DNA from: Laetmonice hystrix
Taxonomy: Eukaryota
NCBI GenBank assembly: GCA_965235115.1
Contig: OZ249436.1
Location: 50,222,001 to 50,286,000, forward strand
Direction of reading: 5' to 3'
Length of the DNA stretch: 64,000 bases
Shown: positions 24,211 through 37,393 of the stretch, piece by piece
How positions within the stretch are numbered: the stretch's first letter is position 1
Layout: each line of letters begins with the position of its first letter
Made by a program: the position numbers and the translations under genes
Notes under the pieces: model-generated
What the model was told of the DNA's origin: nothing
Databases searched by the model: none
Seen by the model: the letters and a program-made list of their open reading frames with translations, nothing else

Positions 24211-25491
24211 CCACCACCACCAATCCGAAATAGCTTCCGCCTTGCCTGGTCGGTAGGCCTACTATTATATTGAGCCGATTCTGGGCGATAGATTTTTGCA
24301 GATTGGTAGACCTCAGAATACGGACGATAGTCTAATCGGATAGTATCCGCTGTAACCTTTCGCGCCTACGTCATCCAAAATTCAAGAGGTGCCCTTAAAA
24401 ATAATAATTCGGCCTGTACGTCATAGACCCTTTAGCATACAATGTACTATTATTGATAGCAGTGTTCTGCGTCACTTGCTGCTCAAGCCATTCTTCCCAA
24501 ACAGTATGCTAAAATAGGCATCGTAATTTTTAGTAAGACTATACACAGGTGTAAACCTCTCCATGAAGGCACGGATCCAGTTTTTATTTAGGAAGGGGGG
24601 CACAGACGTAAGAATAGGCATTCATTAAAACAAATCTCGAAACTCTTGCTTAAAAGAGCAGCAACGTTATTTGAACAAAAGAAATATCATTTAGGCCCTA
24701 AACAGCCAAATAATGTAACACAATCCCGTTATCATTACAATGCCGCGGTTTTTTTTTTAAATTTAGTTGGTGTCGACGCCCCATTTGTGATGACGCCTTT
24801 GACGCCAGGTGGCGGTAGCGGTGACTGGCGCTGGACCAAGCGGTTGGCTGGAGCCGCGAGTGTTGGAAGGCAGTCGAACATGTTGACTGGCTTCAGAAGG
24901 GGACAGCTCGCGGCACAGGTTAGACGTACGTTTACAGGCCGCCGTGCCTCCAACACTCTGTGGCTACAGCGCCGACTGTCCGGCCAAGGCTGCCATCAGC
25001 GCCAGTCGATGGCCTGTTATACCAGCACATGAACGGGGAAGATTGACAATATAATCAGGTAGGATGGAACGCCTATTGCGACTAAACAAAAACTATTTTT
25101 TATTCGCGATAACGCAAATGAGAAAGGTTCATAATTTATGGAATTTAAAATTATAATCTAATTAACGTGTATAACATTTGGGGAAGCTTCATACTTTCAG
25201 TTAGGCTCCTATTTCAATTGGCCATGTCTGAATTTTTTTTGTGGATTTGGACGTGTTTAAAGCATTGAATTAAAGAAGCAGTAAAATTAATTAAAGTAAA
25301 GCAGCAGAGATCTGTTGTACATGTATATCTAGATAGGTCTTTATAAATATACCCCTATATAAGAAGACAACGTCAATGTTACATATTGCGTATTCCTGAC
25401 ACTGCAGGTCCGTTTGGGTTAGGGTAATTTGGTGAGACGTCTGCAGAAGTTGGAGGCGAAAGTTTACGTGAGGTGTGACAGCGTACGTGTC

Positions 25492-28400
25492 ATGATGGAG
25501 AGCATGAAAGACTGGCTCAAGACCAAGTGTCAGAGTGCAGGGTCATTGCTGTCCACCGAGGTTGATAGAGGTTGTTCGGCGGCCTCGTCACATTCGCCGA
25601 CCTTCTCCAACATTGTCGTCACCCCACAGAATATCCCTGAGTTTACGATCCCCCGATCAGGTGAGAACTCCCCCCGCGGCAAGGAGAGCCCCGAGTCGGA
25701 GGGCCAGTCGCAGTCCAGTGGGTCCCTGCCATGTTCTGCGCACAACAGCCCAGGGCACTGGTCTTCGTCATCATGGAGGAGGGAGACCTCGCCGCATCTC
25801 CTTATCCCGTCCCCAACATGGAAGTCGAAGTCTGTACCCGTCAGTCCTGAACGACACATGGACAAATTGTTCCGGAATACCATGTCATGTGAGGCGGTAG
25901 GGAAACCCGAAACGACTAATTCAGATCCATTGTCGCTGGCGGCCATGGGTCTTCCACATTTAAAAATAAAAACTAAGTTTGGCTTTGAAACCTTGTCAGA
26001 AAGTCCACACACAAGACGTAAAGAGTCGTTGTTTCATATAGAATCAGACATTAGTCCAATTATGTCCCCACGCCGGAGTCAGCAGGAAACGAACTTCTCA
26101 GTAGACGCGCTGAATATAGGCCTAAGAATTCCCGCTGATTTTGCTGAAGTTGAGAGCAGACTGAACGTCTGCAGACGGAATAAACGACGTAACGTCCCGG
26201 CATTGATCGCTCCGTTAGGTGTCGTGCTGACGCCCAGCGCTCAAGGCGGTGAGGGTCTCGTCCATGTGGCGCTCTTCACCTCGGCGTCCGATGCCAAGCC
26301 TCCATACGCCAGCTGCCCGGAAATCCCCATGGTCTCACCGGAAGCACGTCGGAAGTTAAGCGACAATGCCGTGTATCGGTCCCGGGGGACTTCCGTTATA
26401 AGTAGGCCACCTGGCGACCGCCCGTGTCGAAGGAACTCGCTCCATGATGAGCTATGTGTCACGGACGGATCGTCTGCTGAGCCAAGTCTACGGCGCAGTT
26501 CTGGCAACCTTCAGGTGAACCCCACAAAAGAGTTGGACCAATTCTGGGCGCTCTCTAAAACAGTGAGTTCTTCCACCGTGTCTTCTGAGCCGTCCAGCTC
26601 TTGTTCCTGCCACAGCATCTCCAGAGGTGACCTTCCTCCGTCGGCAGATCTCGGCGAGGTGAAATTCAGTTTGACGTATCTGCCGAACGTCCGCCATCTT
26701 AAAGTCCATATACACCATGCGGATAATCTAGGAGGCTCGGGACGTCCAGGCCATAACTTAAATCCCTTTGTTAAAGTGTGTCTAATGCCGGGCAAACATC
26801 AAAAGCAGACTTCTGTCGTGATGCGACACACAAAAACGCCGGTTTTCAATCAAGAGTTTCTATTTAGTGATCTGACAATTGAGCAGTTACATGACATGAC
26901 ATTGCGACTGAAGTTCTTTCACAAGAGTTCGAAGCTTGGACGTGACGACCCGCTCGGGACAACTCAGGTGTCCTTGGATTCGTTTGATCTCTTAAAAGAA
27001 ACCCAGATGTGGAAGGCTCTCGAGTCAGGGTCGATCAGGCAGGTAAGAAGCACATTATATTTGACATTATTCTCAAGTGAAGCTCACAAGGTAACATGGC
27101 TGCATGGTGTATCTATATCGTAAGATGTTGCTGAGTTACGCCTTGCAGATTTTTATATAACTTTCTTGTCAGTTTTCGGTGGAGGACAAAAACCGCCTTC
27201 AACGGAAGCCCTGGTTGCAGGCCAAGTCTACTTTCACCCGAAACGTCCACTTTTTATAAAATAATAGTCCGTTACTTCAAAAAGGTCCCCCGACGACCCA
27301 TCAAAAAGACCCCCCCCCCCGATGACCAATCAAAAAGGTCCCACTCCGACGACCCATCAAAAAGTCCCCCCCCGACGACCCATTAAAAGGCCTCCCCCCG
27401 CCGACCCATCAAACAAGCCCAACCCGACGACCCATCAAAAAGGCCCCCGACGACCCATCAAAAAGGCCCCCCCCCCCAAGGACCCATCAAAAAGTCCCCC
27501 CCCCCCCTCGAAGCCCCATCAAAAAGGTCCCCCCCCGACAACCCATCAAAAAGGTCCCCGCCGACAACCCATCAAAAAGGTCCCCCCCCGAAGACCTCTC
27601 AAAAAGGTCCAATCCCCCCCCCCCTCCCCAACGACCCACCCCTATGGAAGTCCTGGCTATGAGCCTGCCTCAGCAAGCAAGCCGTCCGGGACATCAACAG
27701 CGACAGTTTTGCCAAAGTCAGAGTATGGCCTTTGATTGTGGTATATCTGACGCCTTGAAAGAAGGTGAGATGTGAGAGTTTGCAGGACCAAGACTCCGAG
27801 GTCATGCACCACGTTAATAACCTGCGTTCATTCCCTGTGATGATATTATCGTTCAGTTTCACCTGCGTCCAGCCAAACTCCATCACTTACGTCCTAGAAT
27901 ATATACCTGATACTGTTACTTCATCACTTACGTCCTAGAATATACCTGATACTGTTACTGCATCACTTACGTCCTAGAATATACCTGATACTGTTACTCC
28001 ATCACTTACGTCCTAGAATATACCTGATACTGTTACTCCATCACTTACGTCCTAGAATATACCTGATACTGTTACTTCATCACTTACGTCCTAGAATATA
28101 CCTGATACTGTTACTTCATCACTTACGTCCTAGAATATATACCTGATACTGTTACTGCATCACTTACGTCCTAGAATATATACCTGATACTGTTACTGCA
28201 TCACTTACGTCCTAGAATATATACCTGATACTGTTACTCCATCACTTACGTCCTAGAATATATACCTGATACTGTTACTCCATTGATAGAAGAAGTAACC
28301 GGCCTATAGTCTCCACCGACCACCTTCCACTTGGAGGGCCTACTTATTTATGGGCCCCCTTTCTGTACCTGCATGTTTTTGTCGTGTGTAGTCCAGAGGA

Positions 28401-31400
28401 AATAGACATTGCACTGCATGGCATCGCCAAACACACTGCGACCTTTTTCGGCCGAATTTTGGCCGAAGATTGATGAGTGCACATTTATAGACAGAGAACT
28501 TGAGGGATGTGAGGGGATCTTGGCGAGGAAATTCTCCTCCAACCCCTCTCAACGTTCTCAGCCCCACAGGTTATTTAACTGCATGATAGCTTCAATGCCG
28601 ATGTCTGAACACCTTTTCCAGTGAGGTTAAATTGCTTTCATCACCCTGCCGCGACTCTCCCACGCACATTCGTTTGATAACCTTTTTAGTCCTTAGGTGT
28701 CGGAGGTAAGGTAAAATGCTCCCTATGCAGTCAGCAGTAGAGAGGTTTCACCCTGAACTGATCTGAGCAGGTGTGAAGTCGGTGGAAATCCTAATTGATC
28801 GACGCCTCATTAGGGCCTGACCTACACGTCATGCTAACGGCCTTAATAAGTAGCCGATCACGGAGCACACACATTCTCCTAAGGCCTTGACGCACTGGAC
28901 AAAATCGGGGTGATCATGTTGTGAGACCTAAAGTTATATAGGGCCTAGTGCTATCCAATGTTGACAATTTTCCTATACTTCCCCCAAATGCTTTCAACTT
29001 AAAGCAGAAACGATATCATAGGTAATACCTGCCTTTTAGCTGAGAAAGGAACGATAATTGGACATATTAACATGAATTCGTTAGTCGACTAGGAACGGAC
29101 GGGGGGATTCCCTGGTGTCAAGTGACGCGCACCTGTCAGACTGTCAGTTGAGCTTCTCAGCCGATACTTTTCATAGCTGTATCCGACAATGACGTCCCTT
29201 CTTAATACTATAGTATGGGTAACGACTAAATTGTTCACCCTGATGCAGTGTTCAAATCGGAAATTACCCATGTGCAGACCAAACGTCCAAAGTCTCACCT
29301 GTCTAGAAGCATCTTAGGAAGGCAGGTGTCATATCGAAATGTGACCCTATGGAAACGTGACCCGGGGGTCAGTTTTCTATATAGAATTATGTAAAACTGA
29401 CCCCCCCCCCCTTATGAAATAATGACCCAGTCCTTATCCCAGTACAAAATTCTGATTTCTGTCGAATACATGGCTAGTTTTTAGGGTGAGGTCACCTTTC
29501 CATGCCACAGAATTCGGACCCATATGAAATTGCATATTATGTAGACAGGCAGGGGGTCATATTTCTATTCTATAGACTAAACAGGTTAACAGGTAAACAG
29601 GTTGACTTTCGGCGACCCGCCGTAATTCGCGAGGCAAGAGAGTCCAAAGTTGCCACTCAGAAGTCTCCGTTATTATGAGTCATTCGCCGGATATCAGGCC
29701 AGTAATGATATCGTTCGGGTTGGACAGAACCAGTTTGTGTTTGTGCATGCCATTATACAACTTTAAACGACTCTATTGCCTGAATTCGGCACGGGATCGG
29801 GCGCCAGTGGGTCATGGGTAGTCGAAACCCGGTCGGCACGAAGCACTCCCAGTCGCCTCCCGATTTAAAGGGATGGAAAACCCACACGGCAAATAAGGTA
29901 AACAAATGAAACACCAGCATTTTCCTCAGGGCAATAAATGCCACAATTACGTTGTCTGAATGAAGTAATTAACATGTAACCATCCGATGTGTGACGCCGC
30001 TGGTTCTACTTGTGTGTTCATCACAGCCGAATGCTGCACACCGCGGCGTATTGCGTAACATTACGTGTTACTCTGCTCACAGACCTTGTCTACACGATGT
30101 TTGGACCCCCAGTGTTTGTAAACGTTTGTAAACGTCCGAGGTGTTGAACAGACGTTTTGAATCACTCGTGTCGAACGTTTGCCCAGCAAATGTTTCCTTC
30201 TAAACCCGAAGGATTGCTTTGTGCTTATGAACAAGCTGTGGCCATACCTTTTGGTGAAATCGTCGTTGTGAACAAATCCAACATGACAGTCAGTGAACGC
30301 ATATGAAACCCAACATTTTTATCCCGAGTTCAACCTCTATCTCCCCAGTGATCAGTGAACAACCATCAGTCATCACCCCTCCACACACTCACACACATAA
30401 CACAAAGAACGCTGTTACAAGTCATCATTCTTTCATCGACAGTGGTGCAGATCAGACGTCTATGAACATGGAGAGGAAACGCGATCATTCAGGATTCACC
30501 CCCACCAAAGAAATACCGTTGGTGGTACGAAGATTATGGTGCCGTGGCATAGTGTTTGAAAATGAAAGCCATTTGCAAAACCATCTCAAGGAAGACTGCC
30601 CCTCGAATAAACAGAAATCCCAGATTAATGTAGACAATGAACGGGATCTATTTGCCCCTTTTTTGACCCACATCGTCACTGGAGATTTGAAAGATCAGAT
30701 GACTGCAGAAAAGAAAGCCTACATGCGTAAAGGTCTGTCTCAGAAATCTGCAAGAGCTAGGGTCGTGTCGGACAATATAAGTGAATTGACAGAGGCCATC
30801 GTGCAGCTGCTGCTATTCATGTATACATAGGGGTGTTTTGTATAACTACCAGTCCATCCCCATTGTAAACCGAAGAAGGAGAAGAAGAATTGGGAAAGTA
30901 TAAAATAGAAAACGGCACAATTTAATCCTCTGTCCCGGCGAATTTGTTCCAGTACTGAGGGGAGGGTAGAGTGGCACTGGCGGATCCTTGGGGGGGGGGG
31001 GGGGGGGCTAAGAGGGCTCCAGCCCGCCTAAATTCATGACGATGATATTTTTATCATCCAGTTATTATCATATTTCTCATATATTTTTGGCCTTAGGCTA
31101 ATAATATGTTTTTGACCCCCTAAAAAATAGCCACCCACAGTGGAGGAGACTCAGGGTGTTCACAATGACTGGCCGGTATTCCACTGCGGCGAGGCGAACA
31201 CGAACATTGATGTCATGAACCATTTCGACCACTGGGTCGGAGGATCATTTACTGTGCAGGTAATCACCGGTACTCGGTTATTTCATTGTGGCCGGACCAT
31301 TAGCAATGATACCGCCTAACGGACCCAGCATCCACAGGCCCCACACTGACTCCAACAGACTGACTCCGTATTCGCCGCCGGCCTCAAATACGCACTTTGA

Positions 31401-34334
31401 AATCAGCAGGCTGATGATAAGTCACCGTTTCTACTCTACACTTGTGGCCAGTAAACGGATTCGTCAGGTAATTGATCGATGCGGAGAAAACGGAAGCACT
31501 GGCATCGTGACTATATGAACTAGAAATTGACACCTAATTACTAAGAGGCTGTGTAACATACAGATAGTAGGGATGTTCTGTATTGAGTTTGGAAATGCAT
31601 AGAGAGGCACATAATGATAACCTTTCTTGGAACAATTACTGAACTCCGGTAACAGATGCCATGCTAATTCGTTCGCAGAACCTGAGGCGCATTCGGGATT
31701 TCCTCGGCCATATCTTCGAAAGTAGCCTCGGGTGAAATAGGCGCCATTTTGAGCATTGCATCGCGGGTACATTTAGCCGGGACTCTCGACAGCATGGCAG
31801 TGCTTGCAGTATGTTGTCTACATCAGGCATACAAGCAACTAAAATAGGCCTACAGTGCTTTCCCCGAAGTCAGTGGGCAATATTACGATAGTATCATGTT
31901 CATGATACAACTTGAATTACAAGTAGTCCTATCATGTGTCGTGCATGTGTCGTTCATGGGCGCGGCCATATTGCTTCCCATAATTTGATAAACTACCGTA
32001 TTGACGCCCATTTAGGTAAATTAGGTGATTCATCTTTCTTCTTCAAACGTTCCCCTTCATGCCAGAAATTTATATTTGCATATACAATGCCGAAGGAGCA
32101 GGTGTCAATAATGCACTACTTCCTGGCTCGATGGGATATGACGGTTCACTCAGTGCCTCGCTATTCGAATAGCAGGAAGTGACGTCATATGCCCGAGGGA
32201 GTCCCGAATGCCTGAGGCGGTCAGTTTCTTGATGACCTTGAAATTCAAGGTTACAATATTCGGAATAAGATTGAGGCTACCGCATCGTTAGGGCCCGTCT
32301 ATAGACAGACGATTTGGACGGGATAATTTACGAAACAGGATATTATGGAAATACTCCTGTTGAGTAATATATATTATTAATATTGGTTGATGGTCATAAT
32401 GGTTGCTGTCTAGGACTATACAATATTCTCTCTTCGTCTCGCTTTTATAGTTGGTGCATAGCTGTATATAAGCCTAAGGAAAAAAACAATTGCGTGCGCT
32501 GTCTTCTCCCGGAAGACATATAATCAGATATATTTGCTCCTATTTATAGCCGACCAAGCAGTGGCCATTCTGTTATTTCCCCCGTCTGGTTTGCAGCAGT
32601 GCTGTCTGTCTGGGCGTAGCAGAATCTGTTATCTCCCGATGTCTGTGTGTTTGGGTGTAGCAGAATCTCTCGTATCTCCCGATGTCTGTATTTTTCTTTT
32701 GAAATCCACGGGCATCAGGGGTAACCCAATTACTTTGACAATGTCCCTAAAGAGAAAAGTTGTATAGTCCTCTACAGGAATCGAACCCCGGCCCCAAGAT
32801 TACTGCACCCATTCGCGTGTTTGGGTGTAGTAGAATCTCTGTTATCTCCTGATGTCTGTGTGTTTGGGTGTAGCTGGGTGGGTGTGTGTGTGTGTGGGGT
32901 GGGGTGGGGTGGTTATTGTCCGGTATTGTTTGGGCGTTGCAAGATTTCATGTATCTCAAACTGTATTTCTGTCTGTATTTCTGTGTTGCCTGTGTTTGGA
33001 GTTCCAGGACTTTATTTATCTCAAACTGCCTGTGTTTGGAGTTCCAGAACTTTATTTATCTCAAACTGCCTGTGTTCGGAGTTTCAGAACTTTATTGATC
33101 TCAAACTGCCTGTGTTTGGAGTCCCAGGACTTTATTTATCTCAAACTGCCTGTGTTTGGAGTTCCAGAACTTTATTTATCTTACATTGTATGTGTTTGCG
33201 TGTTGCAGGAGCACGGCTATCTCCAGCTGTCCGTGTGTTTTTATGCCAGCACTGAGAGGATGACAGTTTGTATCCACCAGGTGACTGACCTACTCAAACA
33301 TCCTTTTACTGGCGCTCCAGGTGAGTTGGCAGTTTGCCCCGAGGCTCGATCGCCTCATAGATTTGCTTCCTGATATAATAGTATGGTGTAGAACGCCCAC
33401 AGGGCTGTAACAGCATACGTCAGGTAGAACATTTCCGTAATGATGACACTGGAAGAAATGATAGAATGTTCAATTATCAAACGTAATTAAGACATAAAAC
33501 CAATTCCTTGTTCAAGATTGTATGGAAGGCCGGGTAGGCCTAGTATGCCCCGCCTTAAAATGGCACAACAAATTCCTCAAATACGTAATTACCTCTGAAC
33601 GCCAGTGACACCATGTTAAAATTTCAGGTTCGAGCCATAAGCGAAACTATCTTTAAAATGTACTGGCCCCGATGAACCATAACATTGGTTTTGAATGCAG
33701 TTTTCAAGGCTTATTAAGTGTTGAATGGAGTTGGAATTTAAAGAAATCAGCGAGTGTCTCTCATTTCAAAATGCAGACATGGGCTGTTAGGTTACGTAAG
33801 GCCTTAGACCACATAAATCAATAAAAGTATACTCGCAGAAATAGACAGCCAATGAAATACATCGGGCGATGAACCGATGAATTTCATTGGCCGCTGTTCA
33901 AGTAAATGCCAGGTCAACAACCAGCCATGAGACGTTCGCTTCATGGTGACAACAGGCAACTAGAATGTTGAATAAAATGTTACATAATTTTTTTTTTCAA
34001 TCTTTCAGATCCTTACGTTAAAGTTCAGCTACGACAGCCAGGCCGACCTGACTGCAAGGTTCAAACGAAGACCAAGAAGAAGTCTACCAACCCGACATTT
34101 AACGAATCGTTCACGTTTCCGATCAGCCCAAGAATCGAGGATCTCAAGTATACCGCCATGACAGTGACGCTCTACGACCACGAGACGATACGTGCTGATG
34201 ACGTCATAGGTCAGGTCCAGCTTGGCTACGGCGCCACAGAGGACAGCGAGTTTGATCACTGGAACCAGGTTCTACAGAACCCAGGCCGAACGGTCACCAA
34301 CTGGCACCTGTTGATGGAAGCCACACAACCCTAA
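25492..34334 (+). CDS. C2CD4: C2CD4-family protein with tandem C2 domains, ~662 aa; exons 25492-27042, 33209-33320, 34009-34334
   Basis: C2CD4 signatures FSNIVVTPQNIPEFTIP and DPLSLAAMGLPHL...FGFETLSESPHTRRKESLFH. C2A (LGEVKFSLTY...NPFVKV...PVFNQEF) and C2B (GYLQLSV...DPYVKV...NPTFNESFTF...YDHETIRADDVIG...HW...WH). GT-AG introns in frame. 5'UTR acceptor at 25407. AATAAA at 34544. Confidence 0.88.
27278..27640. repeat. Degenerate ~25-bp tandem repeat
   Basis: aaaaaggtcccccc(n)gacgacccatc units. Confidence 0.85.
27878..28283. repeat. 39-41-bp minisatellite, ~10 copies
   Basis: Unit catcacttacgtcctagaata(ta)tacctgatactgttactc. Confidence 0.95.
29865..30150. mobile_element. TTAA-flanked (Kolobok-like) element, copy 2 (partial/rearranged)
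   Basis: ttaaagggatggaaaacccacacggcaaataagg...aacaccagcatt...gcaataaatgcc matches the 22204 and 49502 copies. Confidence 0.7.
30462..30830 (+). pseudogene. Degenerate zinc-finger-like ORF fragment, probably from a mobile element
   Basis: C-RGIVFENESHLQNHLKEDCP (partial C2HC-like) followed by a helical K/E-rich segment. Intronless, located in the C2CD4 intron. Confidence 0.4.
32690..32813 (-). mobile_element. tRNA-derived SINE (5'-truncated), same family as 3413-4105
   Basis: Minus strand reads gggtgcagtaatcttggggccggGGTTCGATTCCtgtagaggactatacaacttttctc...A-rich tail. Confidence 0.75.
32950..33182. repeat. 40-bp minisatellite, ~5 copies, immediately upstream of the C2CD4 exon 2 acceptor
   Basis: Unit tgcctgtgtttggagttccagaactttatttatctcaaac. 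Confidence 0.9.
33771..33978. repeat. Left copy of an inverted repeat pair (partner at 36812-36989)
   Basis: Reverse-complement match: atgcagacat.ggctgtt...aaggccttagac...caatgaaat...atgccaggtcaac...gacaacaggcaact.gaatgttgaat. Confidence 0.8.
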
Positions 34335-36573
34335 ATCTACTAACACAATGCAACATAGAATGACAATTCATGAAATAACTCTCTGCTATCCTTCCATTTG
34401 CTGTCGTCCATTGCCCTGCTCAGTTCTGAAGACATTGGTGTGGAAAGTTAGCACCTTGCATTAAGACTGTGTCTTAAATATAAGTGTCTTATTTCATCAA
34501 TGTTGTGATGGATGCTGCACCCTGACGTTCTACATATTACAGAAATAAAATCTTCTATTTTTGCCAATCTATAAAGGATTATGGAATAAGAGTTATCATT
34601 AGGCCTAAAGGAGGCCACAACATAACATTTTTCTCCATCTAAGTTTTACCCTATGCATAGGATTTTTTTGTTATTTTTGAATTTTGCTTTTTTCCAAACT
34701 TAGGAATTTCTTCTTTGGTGAGTGACTTCATCGGCTGTCTCGCAATTTTTCACGGAGGCGGGAAAGTCGCGAAGCAGCAGGGCTCTGTTTTTCTGGTGTG
34801 ATTAGAGCCGCTAGGTGGCATTGGCAAAGGCAGAAAGTGGAACATTCTAGAGCGATGATGCAAAAATAAACCCACATATCGCCTCCCGGGGATGAGCTGT
34901 CAAGCAGCTAACTTCAAACATTTCTACCTCTTTTGTAAACGAAATTATGACCTATAAATAAATGAACATAAATATTGCATATTTTGCCTACATATAGTAG
35001 AGTGAGTGAGTTGCAAAACATGATATCCTTGGGTATATAACTCCAATAAGCATGACCTTCAATTTGGTAAGTCCTAGGCTATTATTTAAACGGTAGGAGG
35101 CACCCTACAAAACATTTCGGAGAGGAAATGACTCGACGTCCGACATCCTGTTTGATTTGTGCTAATGTAGCCTAAGAAGTCGTAAGCTGAACGTGACCAG
35201 GTTTGAAGTGTCATTTCAGCTGCCTTGGTAGCACTAGCAACAGCAGCATCAGAGGCAACAGTATTCAGTCTAGTTGTGACGGCCTTTTTGCACTGGCCTT
35301 CAAAAGAAGCCATGGAACTGCAAAAGCCTGTTAAAAGGTGTTGTCGTATGCAGGCTTGAGTCAATCGATGGCCTGGCAGCACGTCCAACATATTGTCCGC
35401 CTAATGCGCCCTATGCATGTCCATGCAGCGAAGGCAAGCAGAGCACCACTAAACACTCGCCCACCATCGAACAGTAAACTTCACACTCGCCATGATGTCA
35501 ACGGCACGTGTTCAGCACCGTCGCCATGGGACACAGACAGCCTGTAAGGCAAGCACCACTGCCTTCAAGAAAAATGTGGGCATTTCCGAATTACGTGGGA
35601 GTCCGAATTTTGTCACGATGAATACAACAATAACAGCTTAGTCTCAAGGCGTCAATGCTAGGAGGGCCCCGGGTCTATACATGGGTGGGGGTATTGTGTG
35701 TGTGTGCGTGGGTGTGTTGGGGGGGGGGGGGGTTCCGGAGTTGGTCTTTGTTATCCTCCCGCACCTGTGGAAACCGTCAATCTCAAGAAGCAAATGGCGA
35801 GTTAGCAACATTATTACAGGCCCACCTTTTCTCTCGCATGCAGAGGTGCTTAGTAGAGTATTTTGGGGGACATCCTTGATATGATCCCTAAAGTAAGAGC
35901 CTACAGCTCGTAGATTATCAAGAGGTATCTTAGATATATCAGGGCTGAATATTCGCAGGGAACTTATCCGCTGGGTGGATGCCCAGATGGCCTGGTCCCC
36001 AGCTCTATATTGACATCGTATATAGAGCCTGGTGAAGGCCAATCGAAGCAAGCGTTGTGATTGGCCCATCGAAAACATGGACGCCAACGAGGTATAGTTC
36101 CGTACCCTCCGTATTTCTCCAACAAGATACAAATATTTTCGTCAATCCTTTTAAAATACAAGTGTTAAATGTCCTCGCTTTTCTGGATGTAAACATAGCG
36201 TCACCAGTCCCCACACCTGCTACGGTCTGCATACGCAGTGGCATGTTGGCCACTCCCGGCCACGCTCCTAGCAGAAGTCGGTCACTTTGTTAACGCTGAC
36301 CAACGGAACGGAGGCGGAAGTGATTAGCTCCGAGGCGGAAGTGCTTGGAGATAACCACTTCCGTTTTGCAGCTTTCTGTTAGCCATCAACTGCCCTAACA
36401 TAGCGGATGCGTATGGTAGGCACAGGGGACCAGGTTAAATGCCCAGACGGACAGAGAGTCCGCGCTTTGAGATTTTCTGTTGAAAAATCTCGCACAGATT
36501 CCAGCAGCAGCCCATCACGACTTTCTCTTATTTCAATGACTCCACTACACTACATATCATATCAATAAATGTA

Positions 36574-36783
36574 CAGTATGTCCCCCCAAAAATGATAGTC
36601 TGCGTTCCATTGTCAAAAAGAGATACTGGTTGTGATCAGTAATGCGTGACCCTGTCAACACCAAACTTGCTGAGAGTTAGGGCCTATCTAAGGGGATCAA
36701 ACTTTATGTTCAACTTCAACTTCAAAATTCAAATAGTGTATTGCATACCTAAAGTTAGACTATCATTTTGGGGGGACATACTG
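36574..36783. mobile_element. Tc1/mariner-type MITE
   Basis: TA|CAGTATGTCCCCCCAAAAATGATAGTC ... GACTATCATTTTGGGGGGACATACTG TIRs. Confidence 0.75.
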
Positions 36784-36811
36784 AATACCTACAGAAATGG
36801 AGAAATCTAAT

Positions 36812-36989
36812 TAAATTCAACATTCCAGTTGCCTGTTGTCGCTATGAAGCGATCGTCTTATGGCTGGTGGTTGACAAAATCGTTGACCTGGCATTGACTT
36901 GAACACCCAATGAAATTCATGGGGCGATGAACCGATGAATTTCATTGGTTGTCTAAGGCCTTATCTACCCGAACAGCCTATGTCTGCAT
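36812..36989. repeat. Right copy of the inverted repeat pair (partner at 33771-33978)
   Basis: See the left copy. Confidence 0.8.
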
Positions 36990-37050
36990 GTTGGAGTCAT
37001 TAAAATACGACATAATCGTGATGGGTTTTAATGTATCCGGTATCCGGCCC

Positions 37051-37393
37051 GCGAAATTTTTTTTCCCACATTAGTTCTGGACCCCCATTATCATACAGCC
37101 AATCAGAAACAGGCACACACATGGCTATGGAATACCGGCGACGACATGCGAGATGCGAGACAGTGTGTTTGGGTTAGGGTAAAGGTTAGGCCTAGGGTTA
37201 GTGTTAGTTTTCATAGCCCAAAATTATTGTTAAATTGATGAGCAGTGGATCTTAATGTGGGTGTCAATAAGAAACATTCACTGACAGTGTTCGGTCCCAT
37301 ATCGCGAGCAATAGAGTCTGGCGTTCACTGATTGGCTGTATGCCAATGAAGCTAGAATGGGGTCCGGAACTAATGTGGGAAAAAAAATTTCGC
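37051..37393. mobile_element. Mutator (MULE)-type MITE
   Basis: TIRs GCGAAATTTTTTTTCCCACATTAGTTC... with a perfect 9-bp TSD ATCCGGCCC (37042-37050 and 37394-37402). Confidence 0.85.

Noticed and set aside
27322..27735. Proline/lysine-rich ORF
   Set aside because: Derived from a degenerate poly-C/poly-A tandem repeat in an intron.
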